Assembly: GCA_030265395.1 (NCBI GenBank)
Contig: JARFYF010000036.1
Coordinates: 22,594,386 to 22,658,385 of the forward strand
Direction: 5' to 3'
DNA length: 64,000 bases
From: Rhina ancylostomus
Taxonomy: Eukaryota
Of this stretch, positions 24,101 to 39,100 are shown piece by piece. The notes under the pieces were generated by a model. That model was not told where the DNA came from and made no database searches. It saw only the letters and a program-made list of their open reading frames with translations. Position 1 is the first letter of the stretch, and the number at the start of each line of letters is the position of its first letter. The translations under genes were made by a program, and so were the position numbers.

Positions 24101-27100
24101 TATGAATGTGCCCAAGCATAAACATTATCTGCATATTGCAGCTCAGTGAGTGAGGTTGGAGTAACCTTAATTCTTGAGTGAGATGACATAGGTTGAGTGG
24201 TTTTCCATCGGTCTTGCAGATTATTTCCACTTCAACAGGTAGCCTGTTGGAGATGAGCTGCAGTATAGCAGCAAGAAAGCTTGAGAAAAGTGCTGGGATG
24301 ATGACAAGCCTTGATTGACAGCACTGCGGTAAAAAAAGTTTGTTAAGGTTATGGCCTTTATGTAGCAGATATGGCGCTTTCTGGTAGAGAAGCCTAGTGC
24401 CTCTTCACAGGTGCTGATAATGGTGGACTTCAGGGCAGTCCAAATGCTATGGACACCCTTTTGCCTGGGGGTCATCAGGTTGTCTGTGAAGTGCAGTTGC
24501 ACAGTTTGAGAACTTTAACATTAATTTCCTTGCAGCAACATTTCTGTTGCAGCCATTGTTTTTTTGGGGGGAGAGGGGGGAGGCAGGCTCTTGTAGATAA
24601 CAGAGGATTAGGCAGTGGTCAGTCCAACACTTCTTGGTACTTCTTGTAGCACAAGTATTGTGGACTCCTGCTTGGATGATAACACAATCTAATAGGTACC
24701 AAGAGCCTAAACCTCAAAGACTTGTGACGAAATTACAACATGGATCATGCCAAGCAGAGTCTGTAATGGGAGGAACTGGGACAAGGACAGGTATCTGTAA
24801 TATATTACTATTTATTGTAAAAACCAACTGCACTGCTGCAAAGTGATATCCAGTGCCTTATTAATGAGTAAGGTATAACTGGTCACAATTTTGTTTCAAT
24901 GCAAAATAGTAACTTTCTGAAACCTTACAGTTAATTAATAGCCATAAAACATTTCATAAACCATGGACCATCTGTACAAATAACAACTTCAACAGCACCC
25001 ACAGCTCAAACCAGTTTAGTACAGGTTTGAGTAAGCAGAATATCCAGATACAAAATAAATAACACTGACCTGAGAGATTAGAAATAATCACACAGGTCCA
25101 CACAGAGACATGCAAAACTTAGCTGTGACTAGCTTTACATGGAAAGCGAATATTTCCTCTCTTGAAAGCTGATTTGCTATTTGCAAAAATATTCTTGAAT
25201 AACCTTGACATTACATTACTTACCACTCAAATGTGATCATAGGAATAAGAGCATCAATGGAATCTGTGCTAAAAGGGGTCTTTCTAGCATTATATACAAG
25301 GAGATGCATTACTGACAGCTCTGCTGTGTTAGGATCCTGATATGAATCCCTGCCCTCCCCACTGCTGTTCTGAAATGCAGCAATGATTTGCCCAACAGCT
25401 CGGTATGGAGAGCCTGCCTGTGAGGGCTGGAGTGAGAGGTGCAGTCACTCAGCACCATGATGTAGGGCTCAAGATTGTGCCCTGGCTGGTACACTGAGTG
25501 TGGGCCATGGCTGGTGCCAGAAGGGCAGCAACACTTGCAGGCTGCCCCCAGGACACTCTACACAAAAGATACATTTCACTGTGCATTTCGATGTACATGT
25601 GATTAATAAAGATACCTTATCTTATTGCTGTAGACAGCAGTGATTGTTCCAAGTGTAGAAGGACTGCTCGGATCCTACAGTCTCTCTCATCATCTCCCGT
25701 TGTACAGTTGATACCCCTCTCTTTAGCTCTCCCAAGTCCAAAGTATTTCTGATATGGTACCACTGTTGAGCATGTGACCATAGAGAAATCACAGGGCTAC
25801 AGAGAGCTATGCAGTCAAAGAAGTGAAGGCAATTTCCATCAGATGATGATAGAAACAATGGGATCTGAGTGGTGTGTCGACACATGGAGCAGGTAATGCC
25901 AGACCCCATAAATGGCTCATAGACACCATACCAGCTAGGGAGCAGCCATGAGCTACTCAACTTAATGCTGAGTGACCACATTTTTCACCTTAGCCCATCC
26001 AACACCAACCCTTATAAGCAGCCTCTCCATATCACATCCTGATGGAGGAGTGTCAATGGATGGCAGCAATTAATGCCAGGTTCCCACTGCCCAAATTCCT
26101 GTCACAGCAGCGTGCATCAGTGGGGTGGGCTGGGCTGGGATTTGCCTTAGGTTTTTGTTACAGGCACATGCAGCTCCAAAAGATGTCCTTTTAAAAAAAA
26201 AGTACCATTAGTTATGCAGCTGTGAGGGTTCAAACTGAGAACCAAGAATGTTATACTGAAAGAACACGCTCAGGATACTGCTAAGTAAGGAGCCAGTGTA
26301 CACATGTAGAACACGAAACATTTGCACACAAACACACACAAAGTACAGGACTGATAGTTAAATCTGGGGAGTGTTCCGAACAAGACTCCTCCTTTATTAT
26401 GGTGGATTTCAGAGTCCCTTCATGACGAGGAGGGACTTTAGTTAACATATCTAAACCAGACTTCCATGATGCAATTAGGAGTCCAATTTAAAACTGATAC
26501 TGTAGGGAGCTCTGAGACATGCAGAAAGCTGGTAGCTCCACAAGCTAAGTACTTTTTGCATACCTCGCTGGCCACGAGGAGGAGGACTGCTCCCTTAGTT
26601 CTCCACATGGAAGCCAATGGCTTCTCTTTGCCCCAATTGCTGGACCCCACCATTCCTCTCAATCATGAATTCTCCTCCTCCACCAATAGTCCTCCTGGCA
26701 CCACCTTCCAAAGTCCCAACTGCAGCCATTCTCCTGTCTTGATTAATGAAGATGGGAAGGAGATCTGGTGGTTGAGATTGCTCACCTGGAAAGAAGAATG
26801 ACAGGTATTATGGTGGCATGGTGGATGTTCCTAGGGTGCACAGTGAGATGCCAAGGGCATTAGCCTGTAGGAACAATTGGGAGTGGAGGAGTGTCAAAAT
26901 GGGCCAGAAAACTGAAGGGGCCAAACTACAACAGAAAGAGATGTAGAGCAAGTATGGGAGAATGAGTATTTAGGATCTCTGGGCCTCTGAAAGGCCAGTG
27001 ATGTAATGATTCCTGGACACAGCAGTGCCCACCAATCTGACTCACTGTACACCAGTGGCCTTGTTTGTAACAGCCAGAGCACCAGCCAAAACAAATCCAT

Positions 27101-30100
27101 TGGAAACTCTTGGGTAAGCACAAACCTGGGAATACCAAACACTCATAGTGCTTCAATTGTCACTCACTGGAGTTATGACAAAAAGTACATCAGAAGGACA
27201 AGGACTAAATGCAGTCAATGAGAGACTGAAGCAATCTCAGCACCTGGTGCTTTTGAACCTGTACCTCAGATCCTACCACATACAAGCAGTCTTCTACAGT
27301 TAGGAATTCAAATGATCTCAGCAGGAATTGAGGAGGATAATGAAGGATATTGTGGTGGCATAGTGATATAGGAAGAATACTTCTTTTGTTTGTAAAAATC
27401 ACACTCCAGTTGTCTATCCCTATTGGACAAAAATATTATTCACTATTTCAGTACCTGTTGGCACTCAGGGATTTAAATTCAACTTTTAGCTGCAGGAGTA
27501 GGCCTTTTAACCATCTGAGTTTGTTCCACCAGTTAGATCATAGTTAATCTCTACCACAACATAATTCAGTTGCTCGAATTATATCACTTCAACAAATACT
27601 GATCAATTTCCCCCTTGGAAATGTTAAATCTCAACACCCTGGGAGAAGGGAAGGCAGAGGGAGAAGATGGTGCTAGGTTTTTACTACCCTTTATTTGAAG
27701 GTGAATTCAGCCTTTGTTAACAGATCTTGCCTAAGCCCTGATTAATCATCCATCAACCTGCTTTATTCAAGGAAATATTGAGAGATGGTAAGCACGAAGA
27801 CAATGAAAAGTTCAAGCCCTTTCACCAACGTCCTCTCCTTTATTCCTGCTTTAAACTCCTAGTATCATTGTTATGATTCTACAATGCAATGTTCAAATGG
27901 ACCAAAGTTTCCACAAATCTTTTAGGTTTAATAATGGAATGCACACAATTAAATTGTGCAATCACAGCCAATCACTTCCCATTCAACCAAACAGAAACAA
28001 TCATAGGACAGGTGTTGTATAATTTTGCAGTATATGTTCTTGACTAGTATCTAGTCTACTGAAACTATGTTCTTTTGCATTCAAGTTATGCACATTACTG
28101 ACATTGTATGTTTTAATTGTACTGCTCCAACCTGATTTGGGGTTACACTCCACTGAAGGCACACAGGCAAGGCTTGGGGTTGTATTGTAAAAGGCTGCAG
28201 ATCCTGTGACAGCAGAGGTAATGCTGCTCCGACGCACTGCTGATACCACCTTTATCTCTTTATTGGTTTGCACTGGAAATTGAAAGAGGAAGCAATTTAG
28301 GCATTCATCACATTGGCTGTGCATTTATCACAGAATTAATAGCATAGAAATAACATTAACTAATAGCCTAGAAGACTTAGCCAGTAAGATTGTTGGTTTA
28401 TTAGGGTAGGATGTGTTTTTGAATGGGGAAAAAATGCCTATTTATCCCTTACCAGCTTATTCTCATTAATCTCAGGAATTCTAGTCCACACTGGTGCGTT
28501 ATAGAGTTATACAGCCCGCAAAAAGGCCCGACAGCCCAACTTGTCCAAGCCAACCAAGATGCCTTCCTGAGCTAGTCCCGGTTGCCCGCATTTGGCCCAC
28601 ATCCCTCTGAGCCTTTCCATGTTCATGAACCTATCCTAATGCCCTTTAAACATTGTGATCAAGAAGGAACTTCAAGATCAAATTAGCCTTCTTTATCCAA
28701 ATAAACATAACATTTTGCAGTACAGAGGCGGCCATTCAGCTTTGCAAAAGAGCTGTCTGCTCAACATGCACATATCCTTAAAGTTCACTTTTTGCAAATG
28801 TTGAGCCATTGTTTTTTTAAAATTACCATGATGGATTCCACTTACACAAGAATCTCTGCGAAGGTTTTACATTTACCACCTATCTACTCTGCATAAAGAA
28901 ATTCTCCAAACCTCACTTGTAAGTGAACTTAAATTCCAGTTCTCAGGTTCAAATCCATCTTGTGGCATCTAACTTTGGACAAGAATTAATTCTTCGCACT
29001 TCATTGAAAACATAGAATTTCTAGCAATGCATTGTTCAGGTCAGATCTGGTAACTTCATTAATTAACATGACAATTGAATTGTACAACTTTGTTCAAAAA
29101 CTGCATAAATTTAAACATTTTCCAAGATCATTGATTCCAAAAAATGCTGAGCATTCACATTTGATGAATTAAACGTCAATATATTTCACCAAAATATAAA
29201 CAGATGTCCAACTGATATACATGTATACATTACTTAAAAGCTCTTCCACCTGAGAGAAAACTGGAGCCATCCTGCTCTGGATTCAGCTTTCTCAGGCAGA
29301 AGGGACTATCATGGGATTCCTGTGCCATCCCGGAGTTTTCATTTAAGAGCTCAGTCAGTCGTCGTCTTCTGCGAAAGTTTATGCGGAACTGGTAGAGCAA
29401 GTTACTGTCAAAGAAGTGGTGGCGATTTGAGACTGCAGAAGAAGAAATAATTTTCTTAATAAAGGCAAACACATTATCTTAGACTCTTTCAATTCCTTAG
29501 TAATATTAGAATACCACAAATGTCGGTGCTGACGCATGTACTTTCCTTTCTCCCCAAAGGATAGATTGCAATCCATCCAGAGCATTAATTTGAAAGTCTT
29601 ATTGGTTTGTCTGTAAGGGTCATATCTAAATTGTATACAGACCCCAAGTGGATATGGCCCAGACAGAAAGTTAACAATTTGGCTTAGAGACATGCTTAAA
29701 CCTGTCATGTTGGTACAAAACTGAAAATGCCATACTCATGCTTTATTCTGCACCTAACTGTGATGCTATGGTTCACACTGGCAGGAATATTTCCCTTTCC
29801 TTAATGGTCAAATTTAATTATTCTACAATTGATATTTATAAATCAGCATTTTTACCAGCGTGAACTGGATAGAAATGTAGAAAAATGTTTGCTGCCCAAA
29901 AACAGATGAGTTTGGATCTTAAGTGACATTAAACCCAATCCACCTCAAACCCACTTTCTGTTTTAAAAAGATGGGATGTGGAAGGTTGGGTGCAAACCAA
30001 GCATTAAATTTGTTAGAATTTGAGGAAAATTCTTTGTTTCCTGACCATAAAGAGCACCCTATCCCAAAACCCTAACTTAAGATGAGATATCTTTATTAGT

Positions 30101-33100
30101 CACATGTACATTGAAACACAGTGAAATCATCTTTGTGTAGAATGTTCCGGGGTACAGCCCATAAGTGTCACCACACTTCTGGTGCCAACATAGCATGCCC
30201 AAAACTTCCTAACCCGTATGCCTTTGGGACTATCAATTCCTTTATTCCCTGTGGATACTGGAATCTTAAATGATGCATAAATGGTACCCTTCTTATATAT
30301 AGTCAGGAGAATGACTAATAACTGTATAAAATTTCAATATTTCTCTTGGATGGACTTCAACAACATTGTACCAGAGTTCTGGAAGGTTAACAGCACGACA
30401 TCTCACTTTGAATTTATCAAGCATGTTTATCAAATACTTAAGTATGCCTGGCTCTCAGCCTATAAGTAATATATGTTCAAACTTGCCATAGTGGTGCCTT
30501 GCACTGAATGACATTCAAGATTCTGGTTTGGACAGATAAACGTTGTTGCTGGGTTTTTTTTGGAGCAGGAGGAAATATTATAGGATTTGAACTCCAAAGA
30601 ATGAAGCCTGAAAATGGTTGAGAGCTGTGCCAGTAATGGTGACTGGAGGGATAGGACCCCAAAACGATTATGCTTGGAGGAAGAGCAAGGAGGCAAATAT
30701 GAAGTTGAGGAGACTTAAATGGAACAAAATAAAAGCAGATTTTAAAAATGCAATGTTTAAATTTAGCAGATTGGAGTCCTATGATTCAATTTCAGTTTAT
30801 GAGAAATAATGGATGTATAACATTTAAAATTCAAGATATGAGTTGCTGTATATGTAAATACAAAATATATATATAAATAAAAATAAACACACAGGAAATA
30901 CAAAGGCAGCATATATAAATACATTATTTCATATTTAAAAGATTGATATATTGTATATAGACAACTACTACCAGAGAGTCCTCACCATGTTGAATAATTC
31001 CATGCTCAAGTTCTCTTCGGCATAGCTCCACTGCTTCTTTCCTTGAAGAAGCTTCCCCTTCTTTTATCAGCCAGTCGATGATTTCACAGCCAGTAACACT
31101 ACGTTGGTACTTCACTCCATTTTCTTCTTGTAATTTCATGATTGTGTTCTCAGAATTAATAAGCCTGTCAATGGTAGAACAACTGTGCAAAGATGTACAT
31201 GTCCCAAAACGATCAGATTTCTAAATCGGCATCGACTCTTGTTCCAAACTAGTAGAAGATACAACTCAAACTAGAACCTTAAATAAGCACTTCTTAGATT
31301 AGAATCTTTGCTCACATTCAAACAATACCTTGAAGCACCAAACCCAAAACAAGTTGAGCGACTTCTACAATATGTGTAAAAATCTGCACGAGCCAGCTCC
31401 CCTACTGTGTATTGTATAAATATTGAATGAACAACATGTGCCAGAATTTCCAGGCAGCAGCAAGCTGTCCAAGCTTGCCTCTGACTTCCGAATAAAATTA
31501 GTACTTACCCAGAGCGATCCAAGCAAGCTAGTGCAAGTTCTGTGAGCAGATTTCATGGTGGTACTGCTGGTAATCTACAGGCATTTGCTCTTCACTGTAG
31601 AATCCAGCATCAAAGCAGAGCTGGAATGACAGCAGTGATCAGCTAAATTCAGGACTTGCATATTCCTCCACAGAAGTCCCAAACCTGCACAATTGTGGAG
31701 GTAAAATGAAGCAGTTCCGCATGGAATCACTGAGCTCTTAGCAGAAATTTCAGACCCTGAGCTAAAGCTTGCATTTTGAGTTTTGTTAATGGTTACTACC
31801 CATTAGTGATTGCTGCTCAACTGGCTTGATGACAATGGCTGCTGGGAACCAGGAATTGATGCCTGACAGTAAACAATGAGAGAAAAGGGGTCTAGACCAC
31901 TGAGCTCTTTGTAGCAGCCTTCAAGGTCAATAGTGAACACTGTCACTTCATTGCTAATGGCAAAATACAGACCTTTGGTCAAGACACTGAATAACCCCCC
32001 TGTTCTTCTGTAAGTATGACATGGGATCATACACACTGAGGCTTTGTTTTAACATCTCTTACAAAAATCAGTACCTCCAACAATATAGTACTCAGCATTA
32101 TATTGAAGTAGGTTTTGAAGCAATCTTCTAACAGGTTACTGCTAAGCCAAGGCACCCATTAATGAAGCCTTTTCTCTTTTATGTTTTCTGATACTTAAAA
32201 CCAGTGTCAATCTGCCTTTTCTTTTTGCAGCTACTACTTTGTTCTCCAGTGCACTTTGACATTTTCTATTCTAATTTCAGATCCAAGCATTTGAAATGTT
32301 TTATTTAATAATAAATGTATTATCTAATCTGTCTGAACATGCATAAAGAGAGAAAAAACCTTGTGTTAATTTTATGCCTTTCATGACCTCAGGTCATTCC
32401 AAACCACTTTAAAACCTGTGAAGAATTTTAAAGTGTTGCATTGGAAACACGAAAAAGCAGATGGGTCCACAGTACAGGGTCTCATTCCAAAGACACCATC
32501 TCTGATGATACTTCTAGTCCTCGGGTCAAGGAGACTACACTTTTGAGTCCACAAGTTTCCAACTCAAAGTTGAGAGTGCTATCAACTTAACTAAAATTAA
32601 AAAGAGTTTGACAATATTTTTTAGTGTAAAATACAGAGGATCCTAAGCATAAAATGTTATGAAGGGTGAAGGGTTATCAAACTGAAATCTGAATCAATAA
32701 CTAAGGACATTATTAGGAACTCACTTTTCATACAAGTTTTGACCTCTCATGAACACCTTCACTTCCTTACTTAAGGGAAATGTTCCATCATCTTTTCGGA
32801 ATCTATAGAGAAGTTTTGCATCCTTGAACTCTGAATGTCCATCACAAACTGAAAAGAAAGCATATTTTACAAAGCTTAGTTTCATTACAGAACAGTGTCA
32901 TTACCATTCAATTAATATTCTTCCAATATGCCATACATTATTGTAATGCACTGGACCAAATGTCATTTTGGATTTATCTTGCACCTTACACAATCTCATA
33001 CATTAATAACCATTTTTGATATTCTATTATTTGAAAGTGAAGACACCGGTGTAGTGTAGGAGGGTGGGAGAGATGAGATGGGGGAAGAAACAGAAAATGC

Positions 33101-36100
33101 TGACATTTGAAATGCTAGCAAGCATCAGCTTTCATTGTAACTGTCCAGTATGAATTCTCAGCAGTTTTTATTTTCAAAAAAATTTTCTCTAGATCAAAAA
33201 GTGGTTTCAGTAGTAGGCTTACCAGATTTCCTTTGATGTATTCTATAAGAAAGTAGAAATATCTGCATACAGGTACAGCTGTATTACATTGTGGGAAAGG
33301 AGCTGGTCTCAAAAGTCGTTCACTTTATAAAGAGGACTAGCTTTTCTAAAATAAGTAGACCTTTTAAACTAATTTCCAAAATGGAAATATTCTCTTCCAG
33401 CTCAACATTTGTCTACTGATCTTTCAACAACCAAATCAAATTGATTTCATTTGGTTTTTGCATTAAATATTGTCATATTAATATATTTGATCTGGATTGT
33501 TGTTTTGAAAAAGTTCAGACAACAAATGTTACTAAACCATGGGTAGGACAATCAGTTATCTACTTTGGATAACACTACCGTGCCTGTGGGAATTTCTATA
33601 CATTTCTGGAATTCAAAGAGTAGAGAGCTTGGTTTACTGGATAAATGCACTATTAAGTGGGATGGATAAATATACATGCCCAGGAAGGTTCCATGTCTCT
33701 AGGATTTTCGTGGGCCCAAGAATGGTGGAAAGCTGATACAATTGGTCTCAGCTTTAATGAGGAAAGAAAAGATGGAACAGCACTTGCTGTCCTGATCATT
33801 ATTCAGGGACCATTCCTGGTTAAATATGCACAGTTAGAACGAGTCAGATTTAGTTGTTGAGTCCCCATTGTCACTGTTCTGAACAAGGTGTTCCAGAAAG
33901 TAGAATTAACCTGCATTTGAATCATTTACCATTATTATCCTCTAGTTGTAATGATGTTAAAGTGTAACAAATTTAAAAAAAAGTCTCAATCTTTTGCATC
34001 TGGATAACTGATTATTTATGTGATTAATATGTAATGAGAAAAAGAAACTTTTACATGTGCAGGGATAAGACAAAATATAGTGGTTACTTTTTGTACTATT
34101 ACAATGGTAGGTAATATTTTCTACACAGGTAGAAAGATTAATAAGAAAATGTCATTTAGTTCACTAATAAATCCTGTACATAAAGTATAAGGCATTGCAC
34201 CTTTTAATTTTTTTTACTGAAGTCTCTGGACACATCTTCCATTTCAATATAATTTTGTAAAAGTAACTGTTGATTAGTGACACATTAAAAAAAATCCCTT
34301 TCTCCTTATCATAGGTCTATCACAATTAAAAGCTTACAGTTAGGAAAGGTTGCCAGTGAAACTAAGGCTGAGGTTAAAAGCATCTCCAAATAGCACGTCA
34401 CAACACTTAGTATTCCCTCAGAATAAATTAAAAGTGAAGTTCACAACCTAGCTCTCCCTGTTCAAAATTTCACACAAATGGAACATATAGAGAGAAGCAG
34501 AGATGCAGAGGTCAGTGCAGCTATTTCCCAGCTTGCACAATTTTCCATCTGTTAATTCAATAGGCAGAAAAATAAGAAAGACGAATCAGGCTCAACTACC
34601 TTCATTTCCCAGTTCTCAATGTGCACTTTTATTGTGCAAAGTTATGTAGGAAACACCTGATTGTAAAAATCTGTTCCCCAATGTCCTTACATTCCTCATT
34701 AGTGTTGGAGAATAATCTCCATTACATACATCACATGGGTCCCATTAATCTTCATACAAGATGACATTGAAGTGCACTCAATTAATAATTACAATGTCAT
34801 AAAAACTAAGTATTTCTGAAATCACATGGTGAATTACATCTTTAGCTTACTTATGTTTCCTACCATTACTAAGTTCAATCATTTATGCATAGTAATTTTA
34901 GTTCAGCACAAAAATTACAATCTTCATTCCACATTTCTCACACTCACAAAAAATAAACAGAGATACCAAGCAGGAACTTAATTTCTAACTGAACTTTACC
35001 ACAGTAAAGTATCAAGTGTGCGCACTAATTAGTCCATGCAGTAATGAAAGATTTGTCAAATTTTAGTGCAAGAGTCAGCAAGATCTTAATACAGGTTCTA
35101 TAGTGTTAAAAATTAAGTAAATTGTAAATGAAAGACACTGATTTGTTATGAGAAAATGGAGAATTCTACCACAGTTTCTACAATGTAACGAACCATTAAC
35201 TCACAGACATCCAAACTNNNNNNNNNNNNNNNNNNNNNNNNNNNNNNNNNNNNNNNNNNNNNNNNNNNNNNNNNNNNNNNNNNNNNNNNNNNNNNNNNNN
35301 NNNNNNNNNNNNNNNNNNNNNNNNNNNNNNNNNNNNNNNNNNNNNNNNNNNNNNNNNNNNNNNNNNNNNNNNNNTTGGATAGCAAGTTGGAATGGTGGGA
35401 GTGAGGGGTGCACAAGTAAAGTTGGAGGGAGGCTTGTGGGGAGGTGAACTGGAATAGGAGGAGTAAGTCATTTGAGGAGGTAGGAGAAAGGGGAAAAGGA
35501 TCAAGACCTGAGACAGCGGTTGAAGAGAGGATCAAAATCGACAGCACTGGGTGTCAGAGAGTGAATCACTAAGGTAAGTTTGGAAACCAGATCAAGAACT
35601 GGATGCTGCTGAGGACATCATTGGGGCAGAGGGCAGATGAAAAATAGTCTTTAGGAGAGAAAAGAAGATATCTACCAGTATAAGTTGGACACTTGCAGGA
35701 GAAGGTCAGATCAAATCCATTAACAAGTATGCAAGTAGGCCACAAACTTTGGGTTCAGAGTTACTTCAGTGTTCAAAGCCCACACTGTTCATAGATAACA
35801 CTGGACAACATTTAGCATTATTGGACACACCCAATAGCCCCTTGTACTATCAAAGCAAACATTTATATTTGCCCAGAGACAAAATTTGGTACATTGACTT
35901 TTGTTCAGGTTTACCCAGATTTCTATCAAGAAAGGATAATTCAGTGAACATTGTAACCAAGTTCAATCTGCTTGGCATCAGAGGTCCACAAAGAAGCTTC
36001 CCAAACTTTAATTATCTAGATTACAACAGCAAGTCAAATCAATTTTTTGCTCTGTGACTCTGGGGAACGGGGTTAATTATACTTTCTCAAATACCACCAC

Positions 36101-39100
36101 CACAAGGCCTTCTTTGGACAGTTCAGCTGCTCGCTGCCCTGATTAGCTGAGACATCAATAGAGGCAAAGAACTTTCTTTAAAAAAAAAGTCATTAAGTAA
36201 GCTCCTTTCAAAGAGTTTGTTGAAATTATACCCTTATTAATATTTTACTTCTACAAGCAAGCATAATCTCATGGAATTTCTGCTTGTGTCAGTTTTGTGA
36301 AGTGTTTTTCTCCCTACAATTTTCCACTCAAAGTCATTGGCACTTTTTCGACAATAAATTCAACCATGAATCAGTGCAACAGGGCAATGTTTAAAAAGAA
36401 AAGCTTTAAACGATCTTCCTTAAGAGTGACAAGATGATTTAGTTTCATTAACAAAATTTTGAAATAGTTTACCACAAAAATCTTTAATCAGAGTGTTCAG
36501 TCCATTACCTGAAAGTAACTTTGTTTTAAGTAACTGAAAATGGCTAACTTTATTGAGGTATAATATTAAAAATGCATTCAAAAACAAAATGTCTATTAAT
36601 TCCCATGTACCTTCAAGTTTCAGTGTAAGCTTCTCCTTAAGGACCTGTAAATGAATATTGTAGTGAATGCACAATCAAGAACATAAGAAACAGGAGCAGG
36701 ATAAGGCCACCTGGCCCTTTGAGCCTGATATCTATTTATCAACCTGCATGGAGGTTATGAACATGGTGCATGTTGAAGGAAAAATTCCATCAAATAGATG
36801 CCTCGCAGAAGTTAGTTTGCTGTAAGAGTTCTAGTTTTATTCTGTCCTTTTCCACTGATATTTGTTAAATGTTGAGATTTAATGAATGGAGCAATTGAGA
36901 CTAAATGTGAGAGGGAGTTGAATTAGCATCAGTAGAGGTAGTCCTCATCTCAAAACATATGCAGCAATTCAATTAGTTGATGCTATCATGAAATGACATG
37001 TTAGAATACAGCATTAAAATCCAAATGCATCCTCTCTTTAGGAAGTGTAATGAATTTGTTTTGTATCCCAGAATGAAATATTTAGATCAGTACCTTCTTC
37101 AAAACACAGTTTAAACAAACTATTGAGAAGTACAAGGTTCATCTCACATTCCATAAATCAGTAAACTAATTGTTATTGATGAAAGCTATTCTCATGAGAA
37201 AGTATAGTCATTGTCTGGTAAATGGTGAAAGATTGGCGAATTACATGTAGGAAAAAATATTGTTGTCAGCATTCACAGGTTAGAAGAGTGTGTTTCTGCT
37301 CTTGATTACTATGCACTGATCTGTGATGGAAAACAGGACTAAACACTCTAGCAAAATTGCTAACTAGGATCACGTACGAAGATTAAGCACTCAAGTACAA
37401 TTTCATGAACCATTTGTACCAGGGAAAATATGTCTCAATATGTTCCTAAACATGAAAAATATTAACTTAAGTTTTAAAATAAACATTGATATTTTCATCT
37501 TAGTCCCACTTACTAAATTATCTTTTTTAATACAATATAAGTTATCAAAATTGTAATCAAAATAACAAAACTATGGCATTCATTATTTAGCAGATAGTTC
37601 TAATCCCACTTTTGATATGGATTATTAATAAGAGTGAAGGCAAAATGGTCATCTGTTATTAATTCCATCAGATTGAGGAAGATTTTCCACTCGAGACATT
37701 GTTTGTTACCCAAAGACTAGTTACAATAGCTGAAGTATTGGGTCTCATGGATTGAATTAACTGAAAACATTGTGCATGGCAACATGCTTCAGATAACAAA
37801 ATTAAAATACGGCTGATAGTTCTGGGTGTGATGAGAAAACATCTGGGAAATTCAATCCTCCAGAGATCTACTGGGGTGTATAACTGAGGCAATTTGCATT
37901 TGAGTAACATATTGATACTATTTGTAATTTTCTTGGCATACAATTTCTATGAAAATAAACAAATAAGGAGTGACTAATGAACAAAAGGAAGCATTTACCA
38001 TCCAGCGATTGTACGATCTGACATTTACAATAGGGATTAGAGCAAAATAATAAAAGCATCCAATTAATACAAAGCTAGATTACAAACAAGATGGTCTTAA
38101 CAGTTTGAGAATGTGTAGCAATAGTTAAAATTGGAAAAGACACAAAGGAAAAGATGTGCAAGAAAATTTTGAAGAAAGGAGCTAATTTAAAATGCTAATA
38201 CTGAAATCAATCAGACCCTTGAGCCTGTACATTGATGGGGCCCTAGAGAAAGTGGAATTTTAAGTGGCCACAACACCTAGTCTGTGCTTTTGAAACTTAG
38301 TAAAATGGATTAGCAAATGCTTTGTTGATCAATGTAGTATTGCAATAAAAGGTACCTTGATAGCAGGCAGCTCCCAATGTAATATCAAAAAGTTTGGTGT
38401 TGGGTTCATTATGTATTCTATCAATAACCTAGGAGGAGTGAACCAAATCTCCAAATGGTATCTAACTAGTAACAGAGATAAACAATAAACATCAGAATGA
38501 AAAACAAATTTAAAAAGGATCTGCTGAGCTCAATCAAGGGATGAAAAAGTGGTAGATCCAATAACCTGCATTCATATAGCACAATTACTAAAGTAAAATA
38601 TCCTGTGTCTCTTCAAAGAAATAATATCAAATTATCATCGATAAGTAATGTTTTAAAGAGAACTTTAATGAAGCTGAACAAGCAAGTGAGGTGGTGAGGT
38701 TTGGAGAGTGAATTCCAACATTTTGAGCCTGGGAGGCAGGAAATGGATGATGGAAACCAGGGACACGCAAGAGGCCAGAAATGGAGAAGCACAGAAATCT
38801 CGTACAATAATAAGATTTGGCAGAAAGAAATTCAATGCGAAAAGGATCATGTGCTTAATAAAAGCATGGTCCAATGAAGTCAAGAATTTTGGACTGGTCA
38901 TTAAAACAATAAACAGTTTCCAAAATATGAAAATGCAAAGCAAAACAGTTTAAACATAAATTTAGAGCTGGAATGAAGGGATAATCTTATGACTAACAAT
39001 GGTGCAGTTTGGGTCTATTCCCAATAGAATTTGAGGAAAGAGGAAGTCTTGTAGAAACATTCTAAAATTATGAGAAGCACTTACAATGTAGATACCAAGA

